A DNA stretch of 63,937 nucleotides, counting the filler. It is 8 parts of 8 records of this genome, joined end to end, with 100 filler letters (N's around TTAATTAATTAA, not from the genome) between each part and the next. Parts side by side here need not be neighbours in the genome. Positions count along the whole stretch, not along the records: positions 37,249 to 43,156 come from SRR31147125_23429; positions 43,257 to 51,108 come from SRR31147125_23464; 6 more parts are not named here. One strand, written 5' to 3'. This document shows, piece after piece, positions 39,288 through 49,332 of the stretch; position 1 is the stretch's first letter; every line of letters begins with the position of its first letter. The notes below the pieces were generated by a model, which saw only the letters and a list, made by a program, of their open reading frames with translations, was not told the DNA's origin and ran no database searches. The position numbers were made by a program, and so were the translations under genes.

Positions 39288-41297
39288 TTGAAAATGATAA
39301 ATAATTTTAAAACCATTGGGAAATTATTGTTGGAACATGAGGGCATCAATGAAACGGAAGACCCGATTGAGCGGCGGAAAATCCTTCTTGGCCACCAGTC
39401 ATTAAAACCCTATATTAAGAAAAACAAATCCGGTGAGCCTATACTGGACGGAAGAGGCATCTGCCTGAATTTTAATCTGGACAGAGGGCTTTTTCAATTT
39501 GAACTTTCAAGTTCGGAACTTAGCGCGGAAAATAGAAATGATTTTTTTGCATTCCGGCTGGGGGCTCCAAAGGATAAGAAAAAATTTCTGGTAACCAACA
39601 ACATAGATACATTGTTATCCCCTCTTTTTGACCAGTCAATTGACTATATAAGGACCAAGCGTGAAAATAATAAAAGCAAAAAATGGTTTTCGCAAAACAT
39701 CGGGGATGGCTATGACAAGCTGATGCAGCAATTGCTTGATAGTTTTTATATCAAAGATGGAAAAGGTTATATACTTGATTTCTCAAAACTTGTATCGGCA
39801 CAAAGGCAAATATTTGAACAGATAAAAGAGGCGCAGGGCAGCAAGGCAAAACCAAATGAATTGTACAGCCGTTTTCTGAATAAGTATTTCTTTCATTCCG
39901 ATTCCAAGAACACGACCGCGTTTCCCGCCATCAGCATGGTATTGATCAATGATCAGCATATTCTGGATTTTGATGGCCAGCGGTTTAAAAATGATTATAT
40001 CAACCTTTGTTATTACGACCTTCTTGAACGATTTTTCACCGAAGACAAAAAACAGAATAAGCACTGCCATATCTGCAACAGCCAGGGAAATGTCATCCAG
40101 AACATTCCGTTTCCCATGAAATTTTACGGAACAACCAACAACCTTAATTTCGAAAATGCAAAAAAGATCAATGCGTACAAGTCATTCGCCATCTGCAAAA
40201 AATGTTTTCAAAAAACATTAACCGGCATGAAATATGTTGAGCAGTATTTTAGCGACTATCTTTTTGATATGAGTTATTATCTGATTCCCCATGCCGTCAG
40301 CCATCAATCAATGGCTGTTTTTAAAAGGTTGAACCGCCTCTTCAAGGTGCAAAAAAAGTCGTATAATAAAGCTATTCAGGTTATCAAGTCGGAGTTGGTT
40401 AAAGCTAAACGTAAAACCGTCCGGTTTGACCTTTTCTTTTACTTCAGCCCTGCAGGTTCCCAACAGTTTGATGTTTTGCAGGTCATTTCTAATATTGACA
40501 TGGAGAGCTTGCTAACAAAACTTGCTATGTTCGACCAGGCCACGGAAATCTATGAGCTTGGCAAAATAGGGGATTATGGCAGTAGTTTGACCATTTATGA
40601 CCTTAGGTTCTTTTTATTCCCGTCGATGAAAACTCATTCTGCCACACTCGATCCCAAGGTGTACCGCAAGGACCTGTTGCATTTTTTATCATGCTTTTTA
40701 GGGGACCGGCCATTAAATTACAATGAACTTGTGGCACGGTTTGTTGCTATTTATAAAAAAAGGTTGATCCGGGACAATGAAGACCGATTGTCACCATTTA
40801 AAATGATTCTATTTTTATCCATCATGTTGAAACTAAGGAAAATTAAAGGGGGATGCAGTGTGAAAAAAGGCAACTCTATTTCAAAGGTATTAAAGGAAGA
40901 ATACAAAGATTTTTTTTCAGCGCACCAGGAGGTATATGCCAAGGATTTTTTCAGGCAAGGGCTTTTCCTCCTTGGGACGATTATTTCAAAAATCAAAACA
41001 GCACAGTATAAAAAAGGGAAAAAAGCAAATTTTTTGAAGAAACTCAATTTCAATGGTTTCCCTTCAAGACGACTGCCGGGTTTTATCAGCCAGGTAAAAG
41101 AGTATGCCGAAATCTACCAGGTCCATGAGGCGCCCGGCATATGGGGAAACACAATGGACCGTCTCCAGGGGATAGAATCCTCCCGGATGAAGCCGGATGA
41201 AATTATCTTTTATATTCTCAGTGGTATTTCTTTTGAAGACTATCTGGGTATGAAATTCAAGTATGACCAAGACTTGGTAGCAAATAAAAATTCATAA
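39288..41297 (+). CDS. cas8b: Type I-B large subunit Cas8b (TM1802/Csh1-like)
   Basis: CHIC...ICKKC zinc ligands; C-terminal GLFLLG...Q helical domain; located between cas6 and cas7. Confidence 0.85.
   Translation: MKMINNFKTIGKLLLEHEGINETEDPIERRKILLGHQSLKPYIKKNKSGEPILDGRGICLNFNLDRGLFQFELSSSELSAENRNDFFAFRLGAPKDKKKFLVTNNIDTLLSPLFDQSIDYIRTKRENNKSKKWFSQNIGDGYDKLMQQLLDSFYIKDGKGYILDFSKLVSAQRQIFEQIKEAQGSKAKPNELYSRFLNKYFFHSDSKNTTAFPAISMVLINDQHILDFDGQRFKNDYINLCYYDLLERFFTEDKKQNKHCHICNSQGNVIQNIPFPMKFYGTTNNLNFENAKKINAYKSFAICKKCFQKTLTGMKYVEQYFSDYLFDMSYYLIPHAVSHQSMAVFKRLNRLFKVQKKSYNKAIQVIKSELVKAKRKTVRFDLFFYFSPAGSQQFDVLQVISNIDMESLLTKLAMFDQATEIYELGKIGDYGSSLTIYDLRFFLFPSMKTHSATLDPKVYRKDLLHFLSCFLGDRPLNYNELVARFVAIYKKRLIRDNEDRLSPFKMILFLSIMLKLRKIKGGCSVKKGNSISKVLKEEYKDFFSAHQEVYAKDFFRQGLFLLGTIISKIKTAQYKKGKKANFLKKLNFNGFPSRRLPGFISQVKEYAEIYQVHEAPGIWGNTMDRLQGIESSRMKPDEIIFYILSGISFEDYLGMKFKYDQDLVANKNS
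40860..41297 (+). CDS. cas11: Putative internally translated small subunit Cas11b (145 aa)
   Basis: In-frame GTG at 40860 preceded by SD-like AAAGGGGGA at the boundary of the C-terminal domain. Confidence 0.6.
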   Translation: MKKGNSISKVLKEEYKDFFSAHQEVYAKDFFRQGLFLLGTIISKIKTAQYKKGKKANFLKKLNFNGFPSRRLPGFISQVKEYAEIYQVHEAPGIWGNTMDRLQGIESSRMKPDEIIFYILSGISFEDYLGMKFKYDQDLVANKNS

Positions 41298-41308
41298 GGA
41301 GATAAAAT

Positions 41309-42163
41309 ATGACCATTGCAAACAACAGCCAATTGTTATTCATCTACGATGCTAAAATGAGCAATCCCAACGGCGATATGGACAATGAAAATCGGCCGCG
41401 GATGGACTATGACACCAATACCAACCTGGTCAGTGATGTCCGGTTGAAAAGATATCTTCGGGATTATTTTGAAAAAGCATGTGATTTGGAGATCTTTGTT
41501 ACGGAAAACGCTCAGGACGCAAAGGACAGGGGCAAACAATTAAAAAATAATGAAATGACCCATACGGACCTTATTGATGTGAGACTCTTTGGTGCCGTAT
41601 TTGCCAAAGAAGGTGGAAACGATCATTTAACAGGGCCTTTACAGTTCAACTGGGGATACTCTCTGAATCCTGTTGAGATTAATGACAGCTCTACAATAAC
41701 CTCAAGCTTCGCCAAAGGAGAAGGAATTGGGAAGGATTTCAGGGTTAAATATTCCGTCATAGCCTTTGACGGAGGAATCAATGCCTATACTGCAAAATAT
41801 ACCCTACTCACTGATGACGATATTCAATTACTGGATTCAGCTATGATAAATGCCATCCCATTTTGCCGGACACGGTCAAAAACCGGACAGACACCAAGAT
41901 TTTACCTCCGGGTTGAATCCGATGGAAATAAAAACATCTTGAAAGATTTAAGGGAATTCATCTCACTAAACTACAATGTTGATGACGAATTTAATGCAAG
42001 AAGCATCGATGACTTTACCTTGGATATAAAGAAACTTATCCCCTATCTGGCTGGGCAAAAAATCAGCCTGATCAGATATTGGAAAGACAATGAGCTTGAA
42101 ATTGACGGCTGGCAGGACCTCGTAGATCAATTTGACGGTAAAATGTTTCTGGTTGAATCTTAA
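41309..42163 (+). CDS. cas7: Type I-B Cas7/Csh2
   Basis: NPNGDMDNENRPRMD, VSDVRLKRYLRDY, DVRLFG, TGPLQF, TRSK. Confidence 0.93.
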   Translation: MTIANNSQLLFIYDAKMSNPNGDMDNENRPRMDYDTNTNLVSDVRLKRYLRDYFEKACDLEIFVTENAQDAKDRGKQLKNNEMTHTDLIDVRLFGAVFAKEGGNDHLTGPLQFNWGYSLNPVEINDSSTITSSFAKGEGIGKDFRVKYSVIAFDGGINAYTAKYTLLTDDDIQLLDSAMINAIPFCRTRSKTGQTPRFYLRVESDGNKNILKDLREFISLNYNVDDEFNARSIDDFTLDIKKLIPYLAGQKISLIRYWKDNELEIDGWQDLVDQFDGKMFLVES

Positions 42164-42181
42164 ATCCGGCAAGGAGTATGT

Positions 42182-43021
42182 ATGATGTTGGACATTGACA
42201 GATTACTATGTTTTACCCTGAAAGGGAAATTTGCCCATTTTAGGAAATTTTATACCAATTCATCATCCCTGTCATACTTGATACCGCCCAGAACCGTTAT
42301 TGCAGGCCTGATTGCCTCCGTCCTGAGAATTCCAAGAGATCGTTATTATGAGGAACTTGGCCCGGAAAAAATCGGCCTGTCTGTGGCCATCCCCCGTAAT
42401 TGCCCTCTGACCCGTCAGATGCAGTCCCTCAACTATCTGCACGACAGATATTTTAATCTAATAGCAAAGGGGAACGGAACCGTTCAGCATTCCCAGTGCA
42501 AGCTTGAACTTCTTACCGGCCAGAACGGTTCTCCGGTAAAATATAGAATCTGGGTGGGGTTTCAAAATACAAATGAACTCATGAATACCTTTGAAGCATG
42601 TTTATCCGATAATAACCTGGGCTATGGTATATATCTTGGGCAACGCCAGTTTATCGGCCATGTTGAGAATCTTAAAAGTTACGACTCTGATCAATTCGAG
42701 TTTTGTGAATCAGCCAAGGTGCTCGATTCCGTCTGTATAATGGAAAATATCATGGAGTTAATTCCTGGAGATAATGCGGATATCCAAAAGGAAAGAATGG
42801 TATCGGATTTTAAACATCACGAAAATGGCCGGGAAATGACAGGAACTCAATCCGTTGCTTTTGAAAAAAACGGCAACCGCCTGACCGGCCTGTTTAAGGA
42901 CTGCATAAAGGTGGCTGATCAATTCATTTCTTTTATTAAGCTGGGCTGCTATGGTCTCGAAAAAAGAATCAAGTCAGCAGCAAAAGAAAATCGGTATTTG
43001 AAATTTAAAAATATGCATTAA
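42182..43021 (+). CDS. cas5: Type I-B Cas5
   Basis: GKFAHFRKFYTNSSSLSYLIPPRTVIAGLIA, YLGQRQF. Confidence 0.92.
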   Translation: MMLDIDRLLCFTLKGKFAHFRKFYTNSSSLSYLIPPRTVIAGLIASVLRIPRDRYYEELGPEKIGLSVAIPRNCPLTRQMQSLNYLHDRYFNLIAKGNGTVQHSQCKLELLTGQNGSPVKYRIWVGFQNTNELMNTFEACLSDNNLGYGIYLGQRQFIGHVENLKSYDSDQFEFCESAKVLDSVCIMENIMELIPGDNADIQKERMVSDFKHHENGREMTGTQSVAFEKNGNRLTGLFKDCIKVADQFISFIKLGCYGLEKRIKSAAKENRYLKFKNMH

Positions 43022-43044
43022 AATGAGGAATGAAATTTGTCCCA

Positions 43045-43156
43045 TGAGCCTTGAGTTGCTTTCCCACCCGGCAGAAGGAAAGGTCAAAGAAAAGAAACTG
43101 ACGAATCATCTGTACAATGTTGCAAAAAAAATAGAATACGAGATCCGTGAAAAAAA
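43045..43156 (+). CDS. cas3: Probable Cas3 HD-domain N-terminus, truncated
   Basis: LLSHP...LTNHLYNVA directly after cas5. Confidence 0.65.
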
Positions 43157-43256
43157 NNNNNNNNNNNNNNNNNNNNNNNNNNNNNNNNNNNNNNNNNNNN
43201 TTAATTAATTAANNNNNNNNNNNNNNNNNNNNNNNNNNNNNNNNNNNNNNNNNNNN

Positions 43257-43566
43257 GGAATTCTACCAAAGTGTTTATTCGGCAGAAGCAGAACCTTTTA
43301 TCACCAGTGTAAATTGGTTGAGGTTGCGTTCAGCTTCATTAAACTATCGTTTGCCACAATCGTTGTGCCAGCGAATTGGTTTTGTAAAACAAGTAGACCT
43401 TTCTCTTTCGGGAACTAACCTGTTACTATTTACAAATTACAAAGGAGTAGATCCTGAAGTAAGTGCCGGTGGTTCAGGCGTTATTGGAGCCGGATCATCA
43501 GGTATCGATTATTGCGGAGTTCCTTCAACTACAAGTGTTTCATTTGGTTTAAATGTTAAGTTTTAA
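43257..43566 (+). CDS. SusC/RagA TonB-dependent receptor, C-terminal fragment
   Basis: WLRLRSASLNY, GTNLLLFTNYKGVDPE, FGLNVKF terminal beta strand. Confidence 0.85.
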
Positions 43567-43577
43567 AGGATACAACT

Positions 43578-45166
43578 ATGAAAAAGATAACGATAATATT
43601 ATTATTTTTTGTGGGAGCGATTATTTCTTCGTGCTCTTACGATTTGGATATAAACACCTCCCCCAACGCGACCCAGGAATGCGGATCTGACCAGCGTCTT
43701 CCTTATGTTTTATGCGAAACCTTCGACTTTTATGGCAGCTCCGGTACCAGAACAGCTCATTTATGCCAGCAAGCCGGATATGCTTATCTGCCGGGGTACC
43801 GTTACTATTATATGCAAAACTGGCAGTTTACAAACAATGCCGAAGCTTGGGTATGGCAAAGCTGGTATGGTTACGCATGGGTAAACATTGAAGAGATGAT
43901 TGAATCGGCCGAGGAAGAAGGTGCTTATCATTATATGGGTGTTGGTAAAGTTCTGAAAGCATTTGGTTGTGCTGCTTTGGTAGATTACTACGGATACATT
44001 GCTTACGAAGATGGTATTTCCGGTAATATCCAGCCCGATTATGATGATGCAGAGTACGTTTACACACAGCTTCTTCCTCTTTGCGACGAAGCCATTGAAT
44101 ACCTTGAAATGAGCCAAAGCGCCGATGCGCCTACTCTAGCCGAAGGAGATGTAATGTATTATGGCGATGTTGATAAATGGATAAAATTTGCGTACGGTGT
44201 TAAAGCACGTTTAATGAGCCACCTTTCGAAGAAAAGCGAAGGAACAGGCTTGCTTGATTATAATCCGGATGAAATTCTTAGCCTTCTTACAAAATCGTTT
44301 ACTTCGAACGACGACGATGCTGTTTACTGGGGAGAAGATAATGACACTTACTCAAACTGGGCCATCCAGCGCCAGAATATGGGAAGCTACAACAAGCCGG
44401 GGAAAGTATGGAAAGATTACCTTTTTAACACTGTTGAAGGTGAAGGAGAAAGCTGGAACAGTGGCGTGGTTGATCCACGTACCGAAATGCTTGTTCCTAA
44501 AATTCTAACAGAGAACGAAGAAGGAGAAACCATTCTTTCTGAAGATTTTTCGAATGCTGTAGATTTAAAATATGTTGATTCAGAACCATCAACTTCCGAT
44601 TCTACTTATGTAGGATTAAGATCTGGTGATTACAATAAATTGTATTATACACAAAAATCATCGCCTTATTTCCTTTTAAGTTATTCTGAAGTGAAATTTA
44701 TTGAAGCTGAGGTATATTTCCGTCAAGGTAATACATCGAGTGCACTGTCGGCTTATGGGATGCAATTAAAGCAAATATGGACCGATTGGGTGTATCTACC
44801 GGCGAAAGTTCAGACTTTTTAGCCAGCGAGGCAGTTGCTCAAACAGCTGATGCGTTAACTCTAAGTCATATTATGATTCAGAAATACATTGCGCTTACCT
44901 ACAATCCTGAAGTTTGGACCGATATGAGACGTTGCGATTACTGTATTGGAGCCAACGGAACTTACGATGCAGATGCCGGAGTCTACAAAGGTTTTGATCG
45001 TCCTACATTTGTATACGAAACAGCCTTCCCTCAGGATGATGATTACATCCGCAGGTACCAAATGGCGTATTACGAAAGATATTACAACTCGGCTAAAGTA
45101 ACCGATTTGGGAGTATTCGATAACGAATACATGACCGAACCCATTTGGTGGGATATTGAAGAATAG
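43578..45166 (+). CDS. SusD/RagB-family lipoprotein; frameshift near 44757 joins ORFs 43578-44822 and 44777-45166
   Basis: Lipobox SSC, KWIKFAY, SEVKFIEAE, IMIQKYIAL, WTDMRR, PIWWD. Confidence 0.88.
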
Positions 45167-45189
45167 TAGTGTAAATGATAGTAAAATTT

Positions 45190-45224
45190 ACGGTCTGCCT
45201 TATTTTTGGCAGGCCGTTTTTTTT
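45190..45224 (+). terminator. Intrinsic terminator
   Basis: ACGGTCTGCC...GGCAGGCCGT followed by a T-run. Confidence 0.7.
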
Positions 45225-45249
45225 ACAAAAAAATGTTGGCAGTATCGTT

Positions 45250-45939
45250 CTATTTCATACTTAATTGGGTAAGTTTGCTGTAACCGGTAAGCTTGCCCTT
45301 TTTATTATACGTTTCCGAAGCAACCATTCCAACACCATCGGCATACCATTCGGTACTCTTGGTAGTTATGCGCATCATCATTTTTGTAGAAACTTGTTGC
45401 GAAATTTTCAGACATTTAAAAGAACCTGCCGTAGTTTCAACATCTTCATGTGCTTCCATCACCCTATCGGTAATATCAATTGTCATTTTAAACAAATTGG
45501 TTTCACCCTTTTTAATTTGCATACTTAAAGAGCCGTCGTTTAATTTTGTACCTGCCGGTGTATTCATCGATGGCATTTCAAGCGTTGTGGCGTCAACTTC
45601 AATATCCATATCATTATAAGCGCCCATCGATGCTCCGTTTATCATTTGCTGCATATCAAATTCAAATTTCCCGTCTTTACACCAGGCATTAAACGAATTC
45701 GTATACACTTCATTATCTTTATTATCGAACGAAACAGTTTTAATGGTAAACTCTACAGAACTCCCGCTGGTTGTTTTCTCCAACAGCTCGTAGTTCGTTT
45801 TTCCAACTTCTTTTCCTTTTGCCGAGTAGTTGGTAATTTGCCAGGTAGAGCCTTCTGAATAAGGAATTAAAGCTTTACAATCTTGTGCTGATGTTGCTCC
45901 TGCCAATAACACAAAAAGAGCAAGAATTAATATTTTCAT
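45250..45939 (-). CDS. Secreted hypothetical protein (DUF3108/TapB-like)
   Basis: Signal peptide; ETTAGSFKCLKI...WYADGVGMV motif. Confidence 0.65.
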   Translation of the reverse strand: MKILILALFVLLAGATSAQDCKALIPYSEGSTWQITNYSAKGKEVGKTNYELLEKTTSGSSVEFTIKTVSFDNKDNEVYTNSFNAWCKDGKFEFDMQQMINGASMGAYNDMDIEVDATTLEMPSMNTPAGTKLNDGSLSMQIKKGETNLFKMTIDITDRVMEAHEDVETTAGSFKCLKISQQVSTKMMMRITTKSTEWYADGVGMVASETYNKKGKLTGYSKLTQLSMK

Positions 45940-46159
45940 AATTGTATAATTTAGGATTAATATTAAATGTATTTTTTTGAAGAATATAAGTTACGGAATT
46001 ATTGTTTACGTAAATGCATCTAAATTCTTTTTGTACTATTTGAAAAGCTTTTACTAACTTGCTGATAAAATAAGCAAAGGCAACTTGATATAGAAAAACA
46101 ATGAGCAGCATAAGTCACAACTATATTTTCAATTTAACATCTCTAATTTTAAAACGATT

Positions 46160-48424
46160 CTGAAAACAGCCTTTATTTGTTTATTACTATTTGTAACAAC
46201 AAAAATACATGCGCAACAAAAAGATATTTTAGTTCTCCACTCGTACAATAGCGGATTAAGCTGGACAGATGAAATTAACAAAGCAATTTTTGATTCGTTT
46301 AAAGAAGAATACCCTAATAATGTAAATATCAGAACTGAATTTATGGATGCCAAGCATTTTCAGTATGCTGAGTATTTTAGGAATTATAAAACTTACCTGA
46401 AAAACAAATATAAAAATGTAGATATTAATGTAATTATTAGTGTAGACAATGCGGCACTCGATCTTCTTATAGCACACAAAGACTCACTCTTTACCGGTGT
46501 TCCTGTAGTATTTTGCGGCGTAAACGATTACGACTCAATACCTCCGGGATATACCGGAACAATGGAACATTCCGATTTCAAGGAGAACATTGAAACAATG
46601 CTTGATATACATCCGGACTATAACAAGCTATATATTATAAACGACAAATCGTTAACCGGCCTGGCAGTAAAGCAACAACTGGATAATACTATCGAAGAGC
46701 ATTTCCCGTCGCTAAAATACGAATACCTTGTTAATTACTCACTCCAGGGACTTCAGAATAAACTGCTTACATTACAAAAAGATGATATTGTTCTGCTGCT
46801 GCTATTCAATTTTGACAAAGCAGGAAACATGTTCTCTTACGATGTTTTCCTCGACTATTTAAGACCTTATTGCAATGTTCCTATTTACGGTGTATGGAAT
46901 TTCTATCTCGGAAATGGAATTGTGGGAGGCAAAATAGCTACTCCCTACCCACATGGAATATATGCCAGTTTAAAGGCAAAAAAAATATTAAACGGAATCG
47001 ATGTTAATTCAATACCAATAGATACGGCTCCTTTACAATATTATTACGATTATGAGCTGTTAAAAAAGTTTGGAATTAGAAAATCGAAACTCCCGAAATC
47101 AGCAAGAATCATTAATAATCCTTTAAGTTTTATTGCAGAAAATAAAGAATTCTACAGCATAGTTGCTCTAACCGTTCTTTTGCTTGTTTTAAGCATTATA
47201 ATTCTGTTTTTAAGGGTGAAATATATAAAGCAAAATCTTGAAAAAGAGAAAGAATTCTCGAAAGAAATTGAAAACAAAACCGAAGAACTTCAGGAGGCAC
47301 TTCAGGCAGCCGAAGATTCGAACAATCTGAAAAACCAGTTTATTGCAAATATCTCTCACGAAGTTCGCACTCCTCTTAATGGACTAATTGGTTTCTCGAA
47401 ATTGTTGGAAAGGAATATAGATAAAGAAACACAGCAAAAATACATCGACCTTATTCATAGTTGTGGTATTCAACTTACCGGAATTATCGATGATATAATG
47501 ACCATTTCGCTAATAGAATCGAAACAGGTTAAAGTTCATAAAAATGAAGTATCGCTTAATCGACTAATAAATAAACTTCAAATAGAATATACTAAACGAG
47601 CCAATCCTGAACAAAAAATTCACACCTCAGGATTTTGGCTGCCCGAGGGTAACGATCATATTTTAACCGACGAAGCGAAACTTAATCAGATTCTCACTAA
47701 CCTTTTGGATAATGCCTTAAAATTCACACCAAAAGGACAAATTGAATTTGGGTATAATTACAGCGAAAAGCAATTGAAATTCTATGTAAAAGACGATGGT
47801 ATTGGTATTTCACACAAGAACCAGAACATTATTTTCGAACGTTTCAGAAAATTAGAACGACAAAAACTGGAACTTGTAAGCGGCAATGGTCTGGGACTTC
47901 CAATAAGCAAAGCCTATGTAGAACTGTTGGGCGGCCAAATAAGCGTTAAATCGGAAGAGGGCAAAGGCTCTATGTTTCATTTTTCGATACCCATTGAGAG
48001 GAAAATCCTACAGCAAAACACAACTCCAAAAGCAGATAGTACGAATAAATTGGCTGCAATTAACCTACTAATTGTCGACGATGATTATTTGAGTTATTCA
48101 TTCCTGCATGAAGTTCTTAAGGAAAAAGTAGCACAAACTTTTTACGCTACAAACGGATTAGAAGCAATCGATTTTTTTAAAAGCGGTGGCAAAGCAGAGC
48201 TTGTGTTAATGGATTTAAATATGCCGGTATTAGATGGCTACGAAGCCACAAAACAAATTCTCGCATCATATCCCGAGGTTACAATTGTGGCACAAACAGC
48301 TTTTTCATCGCACGACGAGCGACACAAAGCCCTTTCTTTAGGATGCGCTGGATATATTACCAAACCTATTAATATTGATGAACTATTGTATATTATTCAT
48401 TATGTTTTAAAGGATAAAAGCTAA
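46160..48424 (+). CDS. Hybrid sensor kinase with an ABC substrate-binding-like sensor, HisKA, HATPase and REC
   Basis: ANISHEVRTPLN, NLLDNALKFT, GNGLGL, LMDLNMP; the frame is open 61 codons upstream of ATG 46343 and includes a signal peptide. Confidence 0.88.
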   Translation: MKTAFICLLLFVTTKIHAQQKDILVLHSYNSGLSWTDEINKAIFDSFKEEYPNNVNIRTEFMDAKHFQYAEYFRNYKTYLKNKYKNVDINVIISVDNAALDLLIAHKDSLFTGVPVVFCGVNDYDSIPPGYTGTMEHSDFKENIETMLDIHPDYNKLYIINDKSLTGLAVKQQLDNTIEEHFPSLKYEYLVNYSLQGLQNKLLTLQKDDIVLLLLFNFDKAGNMFSYDVFLDYLRPYCNVPIYGVWNFYLGNGIVGGKIATPYPHGIYASLKAKKILNGIDVNSIPIDTAPLQYYYDYELLKKFGIRKSKLPKSARIINNPLSFIAENKEFYSIVALTVLLLVLSIIILFLRVKYIKQNLEKEKEFSKEIENKTEELQEALQAAEDSNNLKNQFIANISHEVRTPLNGLIGFSKLLERNIDKETQQKYIDLIHSCGIQLTGIIDDIMTISLIESKQVKVHKNEVSLNRLINKLQIEYTKRANPEQKIHTSGFWLPEGNDHILTDEAKLNQILTNLLDNALKFTPKGQIEFGYNYSEKQLKFYVKDDGIGISHKNQNIIFERFRKLERQKLELVSGNGLGLPISKAYVELLGGQISVKSEEGKGSMFHFSIPIERKILQQNTTPKADSTNKLAAINLLIVDDDYLSYSFLHEVLKEKVAQTFYATNGLEAIDFFKSGGKAELVLMDLNMPVLDGYEATKQILASYPEVTIVAQTAFSSHDERHKALSLGCAGYITKPINIDELLYIIHYVLKDKS

Positions 48425-48479
48425 AAATTTTCTTATTTATCCTGAATTCAATACTTTCAATTTTCAATTAATAACATTC

Positions 48480-49265
48480 ATGGTAACAATAACCGTATTA
48501 ACCGACAATACAGCAGGTAGTACCTACCTTGCCGAGCACGGACTGTCATATTTAATAGAAACTGGCAATGAGAAAATACTTTTTGATACCGGACATTCAG
48601 ATGTATTTTTAAAAAATGCTGCAAAACTTGGAATCAATATTGAAACAGAAATACAGCAAATTGTGCTCAGCCACGGACACTGGGATCATGGCGACGGATT
48701 ACAATACCTAAACAATAAAAGGCTGCTAACACACCCCGGCTCGTTTATAAAAAGGTACCGAAAACGCGACCATTCGTATATTGGGCTAAAACTTTCGGAA
48801 AAAGAATTGCGCGAAAAATTCGATGTAAAATCGTCAGCATCTCCAGTTGAAATTATAAACAACTTTTGGTTTTTAGGCGAAATACCAAGAGAGAATGATT
48901 TTGAGAGTAAAACTACACCTTTTGAACTTGAAGATTATTCCGACGATTTTATTCCCGACGACACAGCACTGGCAGCCATCGAGAATAACGAATTGGTAAT
49001 TATTACAGGTTGTTCGCACTCTGGAATTTGTAATATTTGTGAATACGCAAAGAAAGTTAGCGGAGTATCGAAAATTAAAGCTGTTATTGGCGGATTTCAT
49101 TTAAAATTACAAAATGAACAAACCCAACGCACAATAGAATATTTTAAGGCAAATAGTATTGAAAATCTTATTCCATCGCACTGTACCGAGTTACCGGCGC
49201 TGGCTGCTTTTTACGACACATTTAAAATTCCGCAGGTACGAACAGGGATGAAATTTGAATTTTAA
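48480..49265 (+). CDS. MBL-fold metallohydrolase
   Basis: AEHGLS, FDTG, SHGHWDHGDG, GCSHSG, GGFHL, HCT. Confidence 0.9.
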   Translation: MVTITVLTDNTAGSTYLAEHGLSYLIETGNEKILFDTGHSDVFLKNAAKLGINIETEIQQIVLSHGHWDHGDGLQYLNNKRLLTHPGSFIKRYRKRDHSYIGLKLSEKELREKFDVKSSASPVEIINNFWFLGEIPRENDFESKTTPFELEDYSDDFIPDDTALAAIENNELVIITGCSHSGICNICEYAKKVSGVSKIKAVIGGFHLKLQNEQTQRTIEYFKANSIENLIPSHCTELPALAAFYDTFKIPQVRTGMKFEF

Positions 49266-49332
49266 CCCGTACTCTGTTCAATACTGAATTCGATTTAAAA
49301 ATTACAGCACAGAATTTTAAGTCTAGTTCAGA

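Noticed and set aside
37249-43156. CRISPR array or mini-array near the cas genes
   Set aside because: Intergenic gaps are under 30 bp and I found no repeat-spacer pattern on this contig.
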